Shown: positions 1 through 9,787 of the stretch, one piece after another | Numbering within the stretch: the first letter of the stretch is position 1 | How the letters are laid out: every line of letters begins with the position of its first letter | NCBI GenBank assembly: GCA_041736175.1 | Contig: JBGSUI010000059.1 | Span: forward strand, 1 to 64,000 | Length of the DNA: 64,000 nucleotides | Source of the DNA: Oligoflexales bacterium | GTDB taxonomy: Bacteria > Bdellovibrionota_B > Oligoflexia > Oligoflexales > CAIYRB01 | Direction of reading: 5' to 3' | Position numbers and translations under genes: made by a program | Notes under the pieces: generated by a model | Told to the model about the DNA's origin: nothing | Databases searched by the model: none | What the model saw: the letters and a program-made list of their open reading frames with translations, nothing else

Positions 1-108
1 ATACCTAACTTGTCAAAGAGCTGGCTTTCGCCATACATACTTATGTAGCACTGTGGCGGCGGATTTTCTAGCGAAAATCCTTTGCGGTTCGCCTTTTCTC
101 GCCCCTGA

Positions 109-507
109 AGGAGCGAGATTGCGGCGAACATCTGTTCAAGGTATCTGTCGGGCTTTATCGCCTGTTACGAAGTCGGCGACACTGAACTCCTTGCTGAAAC
201 TGTTGCGAGTGCGTACGAACAGGCAGCGCCGTCCTATGCCGCTGCACTTGCGACGCATCGTGTCCCAAAATTCGTTGAATTGCGAGAGCGGAAACGAATT
301 GGAGAGGAAGTAAAGGCACTGCTGATGGGCAGAGTTCCAGTTGATGAGGCAGAAAAATCGATTCGCAAACGATTCAGGGACTTATCCCCAGAAGACCAGG
401 ATGTCCTCGTTGCGAGCATTACCAATATCCTTCAACACATTACGCCGGAAAATGCTGCGGCATGGGGCGTTGATGCGGATATAGCTGAAGCGTATCGCTG
501 TTTGTAG
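109..507 (+). pseudogene. Probable C-terminal fragment of a Fic-family protein
   Basis: The frame of ORF 280..507 is open back to 109 (YLSGFIACYEVGDTELLAETVASAYEQ...ELRERKRIGEEV...ITPENAAAWGV), which resembles the tail of long Fic proteins. No Fic motif is present, and there are upstream stops. Confidence 0.35.
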
Positions 508-539
508 TCGTGAGCTGACCTTCGTCAACTCTCCGAACT

Positions 540-800
540 TTATAAACACAGGAACATTATGTTATAGAGTAAATGGAGCCTCAATTCATAACGGATGATA
601 GGTCCACCTAGCACCTGGTTTGATAGTAGCTCGTTAAGGAATGCCTTGCGCTCTTGGGGTGAGCGGGAAAGCCATAATGATTTCGAGTTTGTTGCCAGTT
701 CTAGAATGGATTTGGCCGTTTCGAGACTGGCATCTGTGATCGCCAACTGGGCGCCGCTTAAAAGGTCGGTGAATCGCTTCAATGACACGGATCTTTCTTG
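540..800 (-). pseudogene. Remnant resembling the C-terminal tail of a large serine recombinase
   Basis: ETAKSILELATNSKSLWLSRSPQERKAFLNELLSNQVLGGPIIRYEL resembles serine recombinase tails. No catalytic N-terminal domain is seen. Confidence 0.4.
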
Positions 801-1265
801 CTTCATCCATCTCCCTATTGTCCCTAATTGTTTTTTTGGAACGTCACTCAAAATGCCCACTCTTCGACACTCCAAAAATATTCAGCATGACTCGAAGGGG
901 GTATTGATCCCTAAGATTTTCAATTGCCTCGAAGATTACTTGGGGCGCTCTGCCAAATATTCTTTGGGGTTGCGGAGAGAAGGGTATTCGCACCCTGGTT
1001 GGGGTTACCCAAACACGCACTCCAATCGTTGGGACTGACCTTGATTAGTTCCTTTGAATTAGATAGTTACCTTTAAATTCACAATTTGGCGTTCTGGATG
1101 GTGCGGACGGTTGCCAAGGATTTCGCGCGGTTTCCGAGATTTCTGTTACCTTTTTTGTTAACTCAATCCTTGAAGGGGATGAATAGTGCTAAAGGTCTCA
1201 GTAGATTCTACCGATACTACTATGGTATAGTATACTTATTGGAAGTATACTTTATCGAGGTGCCA

Positions 1266-1603
1266 TTGAGACGAGTATTTGTTGGGATGCCTTTTTTTGA
1301 GAGGGAGTGGAGTAGACTCGGGCTAACTGATGACGACCGGGGGCATTAGAACGAGATCTATTAGAAAACCCAGCTAAGGGGTCACTGATTGCCGGCACCC
1401 ATGGCATTTGCAAGCTTAGGCGACCCCTTGAGGGCAGAGGGAAGAGCCGTGGGATTCGAGTCTTTTATTTTGATGATGGTCAATACTGCTTTGTTCTGTT
1501 TTTAGCCGTCATCAAAAAGGGAGAACAAGAAGACCTCACCCCAGCTGAAAGAACCGAACTCGCAAAATTAGTCACTCAGGAAATCCTAAGATACCGCAAA
1601 TGA
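1266..1603 (+). pseudogene. Frameshifted HigB/RelE-family toxin
   Basis: TTG at 1266 follows GAGGTG. It reads LRRVFVGMPFFEREWSRLGLTDDD, shifts frame near the G5 run at 1339-1343, then continues ALERDLLENPAKGSLIAGTHGICKLR...GKSRGIRVFY...KGEQEDLT...* to 1603. The span of 338 nt is one base short of a full frame. Confidence 0.8.
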
Positions 1604-1627
1604 CCTGATTTAAAGTGGAGAACACAA

Positions 1628-1960
1628 ATGAGCAAGTTATTCGATGGGCTAAAAGAAAGCATTATAGATTCTGGTAGATTTTTGAGGGGTGAAGAAGTCC
1701 CCGGCCTAACGCTTCATACCGTGACGATCAAACCCCTCGAAGAAAAGACAGGTAAAGACCTTAAGAAACTTAGGGAGCGATTTGGCTTAAGCCAAGGTGC
1801 GTTGGCGGAAATAGTTGGCGTAAGTCGCAAGACCGTCGAATCTTGGGAGCACGGAGGTGTGTCCTCAAAGCCTGTGGCGAGAATACTGCAGCTTATTGAG
1901 GCGGAACCGCGGATTATGAGCTTTTTAGTGGAAGAAAAGTTGAGAAATCCATCTAGCTGA
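1628..1960 (+). CDS. HigA-like XRE/HTH antitoxin
   Basis: HTH motif LRERFGLSQGALAEIVGVSRKTVESWEHG; lies directly downstream of the toxin remnant. Confidence 0.85.
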   Translation: MSKLFDGLKESIIDSGRFLRGEEVPGLTLHTVTIKPLEEKTGKDLKKLRERFGLSQGALAEIVGVSRKTVESWEHGGVSSKPVARILQLIEAEPRIMSFLVEEKLRNPSS

Positions 1961-2011
1961 TTTCTTACGCTGGATGTCACGCATTGTGGCTAGTCTATCT
2001 CAGTGACAAGG

Positions 2012-2064
2012 TTGACACCTTCAAACTCTCCGTGGTACCTTTTCTACTAGGTAGCTAGTAGAAA
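2012..2064 (+). promoter_or_regulatory. Sigma70-like promoter with a palindromic operator for the BlaI-like repressor
   Basis: TTGACA at 2012-2017 and a -10-like TACCTT at 2036-2041. A perfect 10-bp inverted repeat TTTCTACTAG-GTAG-CTAGTAGAAA (2041-2064) abuts the RBS. Confidence 0.65.
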
Positions 2065-2074
2065 GGAATTTCAG

Positions 2075-2449
2075 ATGGCACGACTTAGCGAGTGCAAACT
2101 CACCGATCATGAGCTCAGCATCATGCGCATCCTATGGCAGAAGGCTCCACTGAGTGTTCAGGATATTTTGGAGCTATTTCCGCGGCAGCCAAAACCTGCA
2201 TACACCTCACTGTTAACTGCGGTTAGCGCCATGGAAAAAAAGGGAATTTTGGCCCATGAAAAAGTTGGCAAAGCCTATTTATACCGGCCACTGCTGCGGC
2301 AAGTTGCTTATAAACGAGCGGCCTTAAAGCGCCTCTTAGTCAGCGTGTTTGACGGCGATGCTTATGATCTAGCGGTTAATCTGGTGAATACTAAATCTTT
2401 GGAGGCTTCTGAAGTTGACCAAATAAAGCAGCTGTTGGAGGATCTATGA
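2075..2449 (+). CDS. BlaI/MecI/CopY family transcriptional repressor
   Basis: LTDHELSIMRILWQ...AYTSLLT...LAHEKVGKAYLYRP...VFDGD; overlaps the downstream M56 gene (ATGA). Confidence 0.92.
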   Translation: MARLSECKLTDHELSIMRILWQKAPLSVQDILELFPRQPKPAYTSLLTAVSAMEKKGILAHEKVGKAYLYRPLLRQVAYKRAALKRLLVSVFDGDAYDLAVNLVNTKSLEASEVDQIKQLLEDL

Positions 2450-3732
2450 TATCGGCTTTAGAACCCGTATTGAACTGGATGCTCTCGGAAATAGTTGTCA
2501 CAGCCTTCATTGCATCAATTTATGCATTTCTTAGCGTGACGATAAAGTCTGCTGCCGACCGCTACCTGTTTCTAAGCATCGCCTTTGCCACGGTGCTACT
2601 ACTGCCTTTTGTGCCGATCCATACCTTTATTGGATTATTTCATAGCGGTGCGCCAGTGGTAAATGCAGCAGGAGGAGGGGCGACGACGGAAAACCTTTGG
2701 CGTTTTGCCTCTGCCGCTAGACTACCTTTCCTACGGCCCCTATTCATTGGTATCGTTTGCATTTATGCCATCGTCAGCGTCGTCATGCTTACGCAGGTTT
2801 GCGTTGCCGCTTACAAATTGCGAACATTAGCCAAGGATGGGAAGCTCATTGCCATGCGCGGTGAGGTACCGGTACTAGCAACAAAGAGAGCCTGTTCGCC
2901 CTTGACCTTTGGTTGGATCCGGCCAGTAATCTTGCTCCCCTCTGTGCTGCTGGAACAAGTTTCGCCAGCTGAGCTCGAGATGATCCTCGTGCATGAAGAA
3001 CAGCATATTGTCAGGCGGGACTACCTACGCAATCTCTTGCGCCTCATGGTGCAGGCAGCCTTGTGCTTTTCCCCTTTTATTCACTGGCTCAGCAAGCGTT
3101 TCGTAGAAGAGATGGAGCTATCTTGCGACGCTCTCACGATAGAGCGCACCCAGTGCGCGAGTAGGGCTTATGGCAGCATGCTTGTTCGCCTATCCACAAA
3201 TTCGCGACCGGGAGCGAATCTGATGTTCTTAGGACTGTTTATGTCACAATCTTTTTTATCTAGGAGGATCATCAGCATGAAATTTTTAAAATCTAGGCGC
3301 AACCGCTGTGTGCCAATTGGAGCCTTTGCATGTCTCACTCTTTTGATGGGACCCGGGCTTAGAGCTCTCGGTATCGAGGCTAGTGTCTACAAATTAGCGG
3401 CGAGTGACAAGGTCAACGACAACACCCAGCGCTCGTTATGGTTTATCACCGCTGATAGCATGCGTAGGCCTAGCCCCAATGTGATTCTGTATTCAGGACA
3501 TGTGAAGTTAAATTTCGGCGCGAATGGAGTGCCTTACCGCATCACTTCGGACAGTATTAGCAGCGAAGGCGATGACTTTGTGTACAAGGGGCACGTGGAA
3601 ATAGGTATTGACAAACCGGGCACATGCGTCATTAAAACAGAGTTTGCCCGCCAAACTAAAGACCTAAACGTGTTTATGGATGCGGCTGAGGTCTATTGCA
3701 CCAACGATCATCCTGATCAAGCGGAGAAGTAG
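2446..3732 (+). CDS. M56 family (BlaR1/MecR1-like) membrane metallopeptidase with a non-PBP C-terminal domain
   Basis: Transmembrane helices, SPLTFGWIRPVILLP, HEEQH (HExxH), EMELSCD. Confidence 0.88.
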   Translation: MISALEPVLNWMLSEIVVTAFIASIYAFLSVTIKSAADRYLFLSIAFATVLLLPFVPIHTFIGLFHSGAPVVNAAGGGATTENLWRFASAARLPFLRPLFIGIVCIYAIVSVVMLTQVCVAAYKLRTLAKDGKLIAMRGEVPVLATKRACSPLTFGWIRPVILLPSVLLEQVSPAELEMILVHEEQHIVRRDYLRNLLRLMVQAALCFSPFIHWLSKRFVEEMELSCDALTIERTQCASRAYGSMLVRLSTNSRPGANLMFLGLFMSQSFLSRRIISMKFLKSRRNRCVPIGAFACLTLLMGPGLRALGIEASVYKLAASDKVNDNTQRSLWFITADSMRRPSPNVILYSGHVKLNFGANGVPYRITSDSISSEGDDFVYKGHVEIGIDKPGTCVIKTEFARQTKDLNVFMDAAEVYCTNDHPDQAEK

Positions 3733-3838
3733 CCGGTTGCTCCCTTCGATAGGGTCTTGGCTTTAGCCCGCGATCCCTGATCGGCTTTTTACAACCAGAT
3801 TATCTTCCCAAAAATCCGTAAACAATTGATATTATGGA

Positions 3839-3926
3839 TGGCGGAGAGAGAGGGATTCGAACCCCCGGTAGGTTGCCCCACAACGGTTTTCAAGACCGCC
3901 GCCTTCAGCCACTCGGCCATCTCTCC
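3839..3926 (-). tRNA. tRNA-Ser (anticodon TGA)
   Basis: Reverse complement is GGAGAGATGGCCGAGTGGCTGAAGGCGGCGGTCTTGAAAACCGTTGTGGGGCAACCTACCGGGGGTTCGAATCCCTCTCTCTCCGCCA: cloverleaf, long variable arm, TTCGAAT loop, encoded CCA. Confidence 0.97.
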
Positions 3927-4148
3927 TAAGGCAGACGTCCCGGTCTTTGCCTCACTCTAAGGGGGAGGGTAGACCTCTCCATCATGCAAGTCCTTGCTAG
4001 CTCAGGACATCTATCGATATACTTTAAGCTCTTGGTGGTAGCAATAAGATTTTCGTGTTACAGCTTCGACCTGAAGCATTAAGCGGCTGCCGAGCCCTTA
4101 CCAATCCATCTACCAAAAATCTCGATCCCCTCTTAGGACTGACCATCG

Positions 4149-5249
4149 ATGCTCCCATCTTCCGCAAGAATTTGGCCCTTTTTGATCTTTATGGGTTTTT
4201 GCCTTGCACGGGCATCCGCCCAAGTTGGGACCACCCAGGACACCCTCCAAATCCTCCCCCCCTGCGACCTCCAGATCTTAGGCGATCTCTATCTGTCGGC
4301 TGCTGGTCTCCAAGAGACGGGGACCACCCTGGACCAGCCGACGATGTTTGAAGGAGTCAAAAACCTTCTAGAATCCTGCGAAACCAATGTGGTTAACTTT
4401 GAAGGCTCTTCCACCGATTCGATGGTCCCTTGGGAGTCGAAGCAATATCTTTTAAAAATGCCTCCCCTAGTGCCACGTTTGCTTAAAAAAGTTCATATCG
4501 ATGTCCTCACCCTTGCTAACAACCACTCTATGGATTTTGGGCTTTCGGGGCTCAGCGACACTCTCTCCGCCGCCCAGGCTGCTGGTCTGGCGACTGTGGG
4601 GGCAAACCTGACTCCCGAAGAGACTCTTAAACCCCTTCGTTTGGAGACCTCTTCCGGCTTTAAGATCTGCATCGCTGCCTTTTCCAGCACTTTCCCTAAG
4701 AGCTTTTGGTCTGACCAAACCCGTGGAGGAACCACCTATGCCTCTCCCAAAAATATCAGCCTGGTTTTAGACCAATGCGACCGAGATTTTAAAATCGCCA
4801 TCTTCCATTGGGGTACCGAAAGGAGCAACGAACCCCATCTCCTCCAAAAGACGCTGGCGGCCGTCGCCATCGATTCTGGAGCTGACATGGTCATTGGCCA
4901 CCACCCCCATGTACTCCAACCATTGGAGTATTACCGCGGCAAACCTATTATTTTTAGCATTGGAAACTTCGTTTTTAATTCAAGGCCCATAAAAGCAGCC
5001 CCTGAAGGCCTTAGCGTCAGGCTGCGTTTCGCCCCCAATTCCCGCACTCCCCAGATCAGTCTGGTTCCACTGATGGTCCGTCCGGATATCGTCGGGTTGA
5101 TTCCCCAAACCTTTCGAGCAATCGAAACCAGCGAAGCAGAGCGGATTTTTAAAAAGGTCCTTCTCTCTAATTTAGAGCCCTCCCAGTCCGCCCAGTGGTC
5201 TCCGGATTTCTCACCCAGTTTGGGATGGAGCCTTGTCTCTGGTCGGTAA
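4149..5249 (+). CDS. CapA (PGA_cap) family metallophosphatase
   Basis: GD, VNFEG, LANNHSMDFG, HWGTE, GHHPHVLQ and FSIGNFVF motifs; signal peptide. Confidence 0.9.
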   Translation: MLPSSARIWPFLIFMGFCLARASAQVGTTQDTLQILPPCDLQILGDLYLSAAGLQETGTTLDQPTMFEGVKNLLESCETNVVNFEGSSTDSMVPWESKQYLLKMPPLVPRLLKKVHIDVLTLANNHSMDFGLSGLSDTLSAAQAAGLATVGANLTPEETLKPLRLETSSGFKICIAAFSSTFPKSFWSDQTRGGTTYASPKNISLVLDQCDRDFKIAIFHWGTERSNEPHLLQKTLAAVAIDSGADMVIGHHPHVLQPLEYYRGKPIIFSIGNFVFNSRPIKAAPEGLSVRLRFAPNSRTPQISLVPLMVRPDIVGLIPQTFRAIETSEAERIFKKVLLSNLEPSQSAQWSPDFSPSLGWSLVSGR

Positions 5250-5271
5250 ACCGGTGTGGTTAGCTGACCTC

Positions 5272-6159
5272 TTATCGAAACTGGCGTAGTCGTTCGATCC
5301 TCTGCTCCAAGGGTGGATGGGTCATAAGGAGGGCAAGGATGCCCTTTGGCGAGCTTATTTTCAGGGTCTGCATCGCCGGCTGGTTATAGTCAACAAGCTC
5401 CGTCGACCGTCTTAGGCGGTCCAGAGCTGCAATCATCTTGTCCCGACCCGCAAGGGTAGCACCGCCAATATCAGCTCTAAACTCCCTTTGCCTAGAGACA
5501 TAGCAGACAACGATGGAGCCTAGGATTCCAAACACGATATCAAAGGCAAAAACCAACAAACTCTCTACAAAGTAGGAAGGCCGACCCTCTTCGTCCCGCA
5601 GCAGTTGTCCAACCGCCTTGGCCGCAATCCTCGCAAAAAACATCACAAAGGCATTGATTACACCCTGGACCAGGGTCATGGTAACCATATCTCCATTTGC
5701 AATATGCGCCACTTCGTGGCCCAAGACACCTTCCACCTCGCTGCGGTTCATCTGCCGTAGGAGTCCCGTCGACACGGCCACGAGGGAATTGCTCTTCGAG
5801 GGCCCCGTGGCAAAGGCGTTCACCTCGGGGCTTTCGTAAACACCGACTTCTGGCATTTTAGACAGACCAGCTCCTTGGGCCAGTCGATGGACTAACCGGA
5901 CCAATTCAGCGAACTCGCCCTGGCTCGCTCTAGGGTCGATGATTTTGACTCCCATGCCCCAAACCGCCATCTTTTTGGAGATCAAGAGGGAAATAAAAGC
6001 CCCGCCCATCCCCCAAACTAGACAGAAAGCCATAAGGTTTTCGTAGTTGATCCCCTGGCTTGTCATATAGGGCTGGATTCCCAACACCCTTAAAACTATA
6101 GAAATGGTCAGCATAACCAGAAGGTTGGTTAAGATAAAAAAGAACATACGACGCATCAT
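5272..6159 (-). CDS. htpX: Protease HtpX
   Basis: VNAFATG, HEVAHIANGDMVT, SRQREFRAD, THPPLEQRI. Confidence 0.96.
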   Translation of the reverse strand: MMRRMFFFILTNLLVMLTISIVLRVLGIQPYMTSQGINYENLMAFCLVWGMGGAFISLLISKKMAVWGMGVKIIDPRASQGEFAELVRLVHRLAQGAGLSKMPEVGVYESPEVNAFATGPSKSNSLVAVSTGLLRQMNRSEVEGVLGHEVAHIANGDMVTMTLVQGVINAFVMFFARIAAKAVGQLLRDEEGRPSYFVESLLVFAFDIVFGILGSIVVCYVSRQREFRADIGGATLAGRDKMIAALDRLRRSTELVDYNQPAMQTLKISSPKGILALLMTHPPLEQRIERLRQFR

Positions 6160-6514
6160 AAGATGATCCTTTACTTAAACGCCTAAGAGACCTCAAAGGA
6201 GAGGCCATTTATGGGTAATGCTGATTGCGCCCATCGTCAAGGATTGTCGATATATCGCAGCTCGTAAAAACTCAATGGTGAGCTATTTATTTAAAGGTGG
6301 AACAGTTGGTCTGTGTTTTTTAAAAGATCCAAAATTAGTGCCATCTCACCCCCCAAATGATTATAAAGTAAAGAAATGTATACCAAAAATCATCTAAAGT
6401 GCCGTATCTTAGTTTTTTTTTCCGATATTAGTAGGTTATAAAAATGCTATTTTAATGCTAAAGTTTGTCTTTTATGTTCCAATAAGCCTTTTAAGGCAAG
6501 GAAAGGAAGCCACA

Positions 6515-6709
6515 GTGGCGAGACCAAAAATTCCAGAAGAAAGAAAAAAGAAGGGCATTTCGATTTCTTTATCAAATGAGGCCAAATCAATAGCCTCCGC
6601 ATCTGGGAACATAAGTGAGTACATAGAAAGGGCTATTTTTCTTCAGTCGCAAATGGAAGGCAGAAGGAAAGAAAAAGTCAAAAAGGAAAGGATAAGTGAT
6701 GGGAAATAA
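6515..6709 (+). CDS. Small ribbon-helix-helix-like DNA-binding protein
   Basis: GTG start after AAGGAAG; MARPKIPEERKKKGISISLSNE...NISEYIERAI. Confidence 0.55.
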   Translation: MARPKIPEERKKKGISISLSNEAKSIASASGNISEYIERAIFLQSQMEGRRKEKVKKERISDGK

Positions 6710-7133
6710 AAAACTAAGCATTGAAATACCAGAAGAAGAAGCCCTCAAAGCTGAAAGAATCGCCAAAAAGCATGGGATTAAACTCAATGCTTATGTAATT
6801 ACGTGTTTGATTGCTTCAACCAAGATTGAAGAAGAAAAAGAAAAGTGGATTGCTGGGGAGTCAAAAAAAGTCACCTCGAATGAAACCAAAGGCTTGCAAA
6901 AACTGTTAAAGAAACAACAGAAATCAAAGCTTAGGGCTTACAAAAACTATAAATACATTGGTTTAGATAAAGACAATAATATCAGGTTTAAATCTAACAA
7001 CAGAAAAATTATACCTATCATTGAGGGTATGCTTATTCGAGGGGAAACCCCTGAGGAAGTTGCTGATCAGTACAGCTTTCCAAAAGCTGCTGTTTTAGAA
7101 GCATTTAAAGAATATAAACTGGATCAAGTTTAA
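6699..7133 (+). CDS. Putative antitoxin with an N-terminal RHH-like region and a C-terminal DUF433-like HTH
   Basis: IPIIEGMLIRGETPEEVADQYSFPKAAVLEAFKEY resembles DUF433; abuts the downstream PIN-like gene. Confidence 0.6.
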   Translation: MGNKKLSIEIPEEEALKAERIAKKHGIKLNAYVITCLIASTKIEEEKEKWIAGESKKVTSNETKGLQKLLKKQQKSKLRAYKNYKYIGLDKDNNIRFKSNNRKIIPIIEGMLIRGETPEEVADQYSFPKAAVLEAFKEYKLDQV

Positions 7134-7706
7134 ATGAAGCGACTGTTTATTGACGCTAACATTCTATGGATAACTAAATGCCCAGTTGGTATGCAACAGG
7201 CCTCTGTTTCTGGCTTTGAATTCGTTACTTTCGGACAACAGCTCATACCTGGCGATAAAAACACCATCATTCACGATGTAAGAACCAAAGATGAAATTAT
7301 TTCACTATTTTTGTTAGAAGTGAACAAAATCCACATCAAAAAGCACGGGAAGCCAGCCGTAGATGGCATCTTAACTTCTGATTATGATGATTTTGAGAAG
7401 CTGTGGAAAGGCCTGAATAGTAATTCTGTACCGAAAATTATTAATGTTAGGTTGGAGTTCAATCGACCAGACGACATTATTTTGGCATTAAATCAGATTT
7501 CAGATGACGAATGGAAAAACAAAACTGTTGCTGCTTTGTTTGACAAAGTGCCCAAAAACATTCGAGATGAGCTTGTTATAAGCAGGCACCATCTTCTAAG
7601 GGGCCGCGTAATTCCAGGGGCGAAATCTGGAAATTGTGCGGCATGTGGTAGAATGGTGAAAAATTTGATTAATGGTTATGGACCTGTCTGTATAAGAAGT
7701 CGTTAA
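7134..7706 (+). CDS. PIN-like (DUF5615-type) putative toxin with a C-terminal Cys motif
   Basis: RLFIDANI, KDEII and ILTSDYDDF acidic motifs; C-terminal CAACGR...GYGPVC. Confidence 0.55.
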   Translation: MKRLFIDANILWITKCPVGMQQASVSGFEFVTFGQQLIPGDKNTIIHDVRTKDEIISLFLLEVNKIHIKKHGKPAVDGILTSDYDDFEKLWKGLNSNSVPKIINVRLEFNRPDDIILALNQISDDEWKNKTVAALFDKVPKNIRDELVISRHHLLRGRVIPGAKSGNCAACGRMVKNLINGYGPVCIRSR

Positions 7707-7805
7707 CAATATTGTTACGAGCTGACTTTATACCATTAAAACCGTGAAATCACTTATTACAAGCCTTACTTCAATAAGGCCAAATCTTTTCTATCTTCAC
7801 TAGCT

Positions 7806-8507
7806 TTATTTGGAAGATACTGGATCCACCAACTTTGTGGGCGGCGGCTGCCGCAGCAACATAGCCATATTTTGGATCACCCGGTGAACCTCTTCGATAG
7901 GATCTTGAGCTGGGAGCCAAACCGCCCCTAAGCTTACCGCCCCTTGGGTCGAGTCGCTGAGTTTTTCGACGCTGTTATGGACCGTCAAGTCGACCTCAAA
8001 GGCCGCCTCATGCCGAGACAAATTTGTCTTTTTGACTCGAAAGGAGAGCTTGTTTCTAAAAACAGCCTTTCCCAGATAAAAGCTGTCCCAGTCAGTGGCC
8101 AGCACCCCTGAATTTCGATCAACGATCGCCAGGCTATAGTTTCTCATAAGCACGTCAAGCACCGTCTCCCACACCTCCGCTTCCGCAAGTTTAAAATGGA
8201 AGGTGTTGGGGTCGACTTGGTAGATGGTGGAACCTTGGCTTTTGGTGCCCTCTGGGCCCTTGGCTTCAAAAGCTTGCGGAGGGGATGAGGACTTTGCCTG
8301 TTTCTCCTTGGGATCTTTAGGAGCTAGACGGGGGAGGGGAGTTAAGGGGTCGTCCATAGGACCCGTGAGGTTTTTGTCCGTGAGTGGGTTGCCTTTTGGA
8401 TCCTGAGTTTTATATTTTTCTAGATGGTGGGGGAGACAACCCATCGTCAGACCCAGAGTTCCCCCTGCATACCAAGCAAAACACAGAACCGTTAACCAAT
8501 CTTTCAA
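7806..8507 (-). CDS. Lipoprotein, BamC-like
   Basis: Lipobox-like LTMGC; VWETVLDVL...VDRNSGVLATDW. Confidence 0.5.
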   Translation of the reverse strand: MKDWLTVLCFAWYAGGTLGLTMGCLPHHLEKYKTQDPKGNPLTDKNLTGPMDDPLTPLPRLAPKDPKEKQAKSSSPPQAFEAKGPEGTKSQGSTIYQVDPNTFHFKLAEAEVWETVLDVLMRNYSLAIVDRNSGVLATDWDSFYLGKAVFRNKLSFRVKKTNLSRHEAAFEVDLTVHNSVEKLSDSTQGAVSLGAVWLPAQDPIEEVHRVIQNMAMLLRQPPPTKLVDPVSSK

Positions 8508-9289
8508 GTGTTCGTCCCCTTATCGTCGTCAAGTTCTGGATGCTGGGAAGTTACCAGTTCTAAATGCCGTGACTTACGCACGGGTTGGCGTTGGTTGAGA
8601 TTCCAAAAATCTTCCGCCGGTACATAGTCTGCAATCTTGGACCAATGGACTGGTTTGCCATCTTTCATAAAATAAAGAACTTTTATTTTTTTCGTGGTTT
8701 CTAATTCTTCTTGGCACACCCTGCATGCGGTCACCTGTCGCACTTCGTCTTCAATTCGAACCCGGACTTGGGAAAAACGGTCCTCAACAAACGGTCGGGA
8801 GCAAAAATAGCAACCCAGGGGAGCAAGGGTTTTCTTCTCCGTCCTCGGTGGCTCTAAAAGGCTACCATCAAAGGGGCGTCCGGAAGAGAGTTCCTTTAGA
8901 CCCTGGTCGATTCGAGAGGCGCGGTCGCTGCAGTCTAAGGCCAAAAAATAAGCCGCATCCAGCTCTTTGGGGTCGGTTGCAAAGGGGGGGACTTGTTTAA
9001 GTGCCTCTAACAAGGTTTCAAAAATCCTCAGGGTGCTCTCGTAATAGTCTAGGAGAAGGGGGTTCTTAAATTTCCTGAAAATACCCTCATATTCGGTAAG
9101 TTGTCCCGTGACACGGTCCAATTTTGCAAGGAGCTGGATATACCTTAAACGGTACTTTTTTGCCCCCATAACCTGCCGTCTTCGTTGCCAAACAGCTAGA
9201 AGTCCTAAAAAAAGGGCTATGGCAACGGCTGAGGCTATAGATACAAATCCCATACTCAGTATTTTACTCGATAAGCCCACTTGACTCAC
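8504..9289 (-). CDS. Hypothetical membrane-anchored protein with two CxxC motifs
   Basis: N-terminal TM helix; CYFC and CRVC; overlaps the next gene. Confidence 0.7.
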   Translation of the reverse strand: MSQVGLSSKILSMGFVSIASAVAIALFLGLLAVWQRRRQVMGAKKYRLRYIQLLAKLDRVTGQLTEYEGIFRKFKNPLLLDYYESTLRIFETLLEALKQVPPFATDPKELDAAYFLALDCSDRASRIDQGLKELSSGRPFDGSLLEPPRTEKKTLAPLGCYFCSRPFVEDRFSQVRVRIEDEVRQVTACRVCQEELETTKKIKVLYFMKDGKPVHWSKIADYVPAEDFWNLNQRQPVRKSRHLELVTSQHPELDDDKGTNT

Positions 9290-9457
9290 ACCCCCTTGAT
9301 CGCTAAAGCAAATATTGTACCACCACCACTTATTTTCAACCTAAAGATGTCACAAACCCTTACCGATGAGTTAGATATAGAGTCAAAGTTTTTTTGACTC
9401 TTTATAAAAATAAAGTTACTTTTTGTAAATATCCAGAACCCCAGGGAGCTCATCTTC

Positions 9458-9652
9458 ATGAGTATAACTTACGAAAACCAAAGAGTCTTATTTGACAAGC
9501 TCGTGATCCGCTACAGGGGTTACCTAGACCTTTACAAGGCTCTGAATAACGGATCTATCAAGGGGGCTACAACTTTTGACCAATTTTACTGGCGTATGAC
9601 CTACTACAGCCGCTACCAAGACCGCCGTACTTTTGGAAATTCAGGATACTAA
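9458..9652 (+). CDS. Small hypothetical protein
   Basis: 64-aa ORF with a GGAG RBS in an otherwise AT-rich intergenic region. Confidence 0.65.
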   Translation: MSITYENQRVLFDKLVIRYRGYLDLYKALNNGSIKGATTFDQFYWRMTYYSRYQDRRTFGNSGY

Positions 9653-9787
9653 ATCTCATTAAAATACTATAAGAAACTTGGTTTAAATCTTGTTTTTATA
9701 AAGTTTGTGCATTATTTATGAGAGTCTTTGGTAACATATATTTTAAAAGGGATCGCTCACAGCCACGACCAGTAGAGTCTCTTATTC

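Noticed and set aside
1086..1349. 87-aa ORF as a real gene
   Set aside because: Only its 3' part belongs to the frameshifted toxin starting at 1266.
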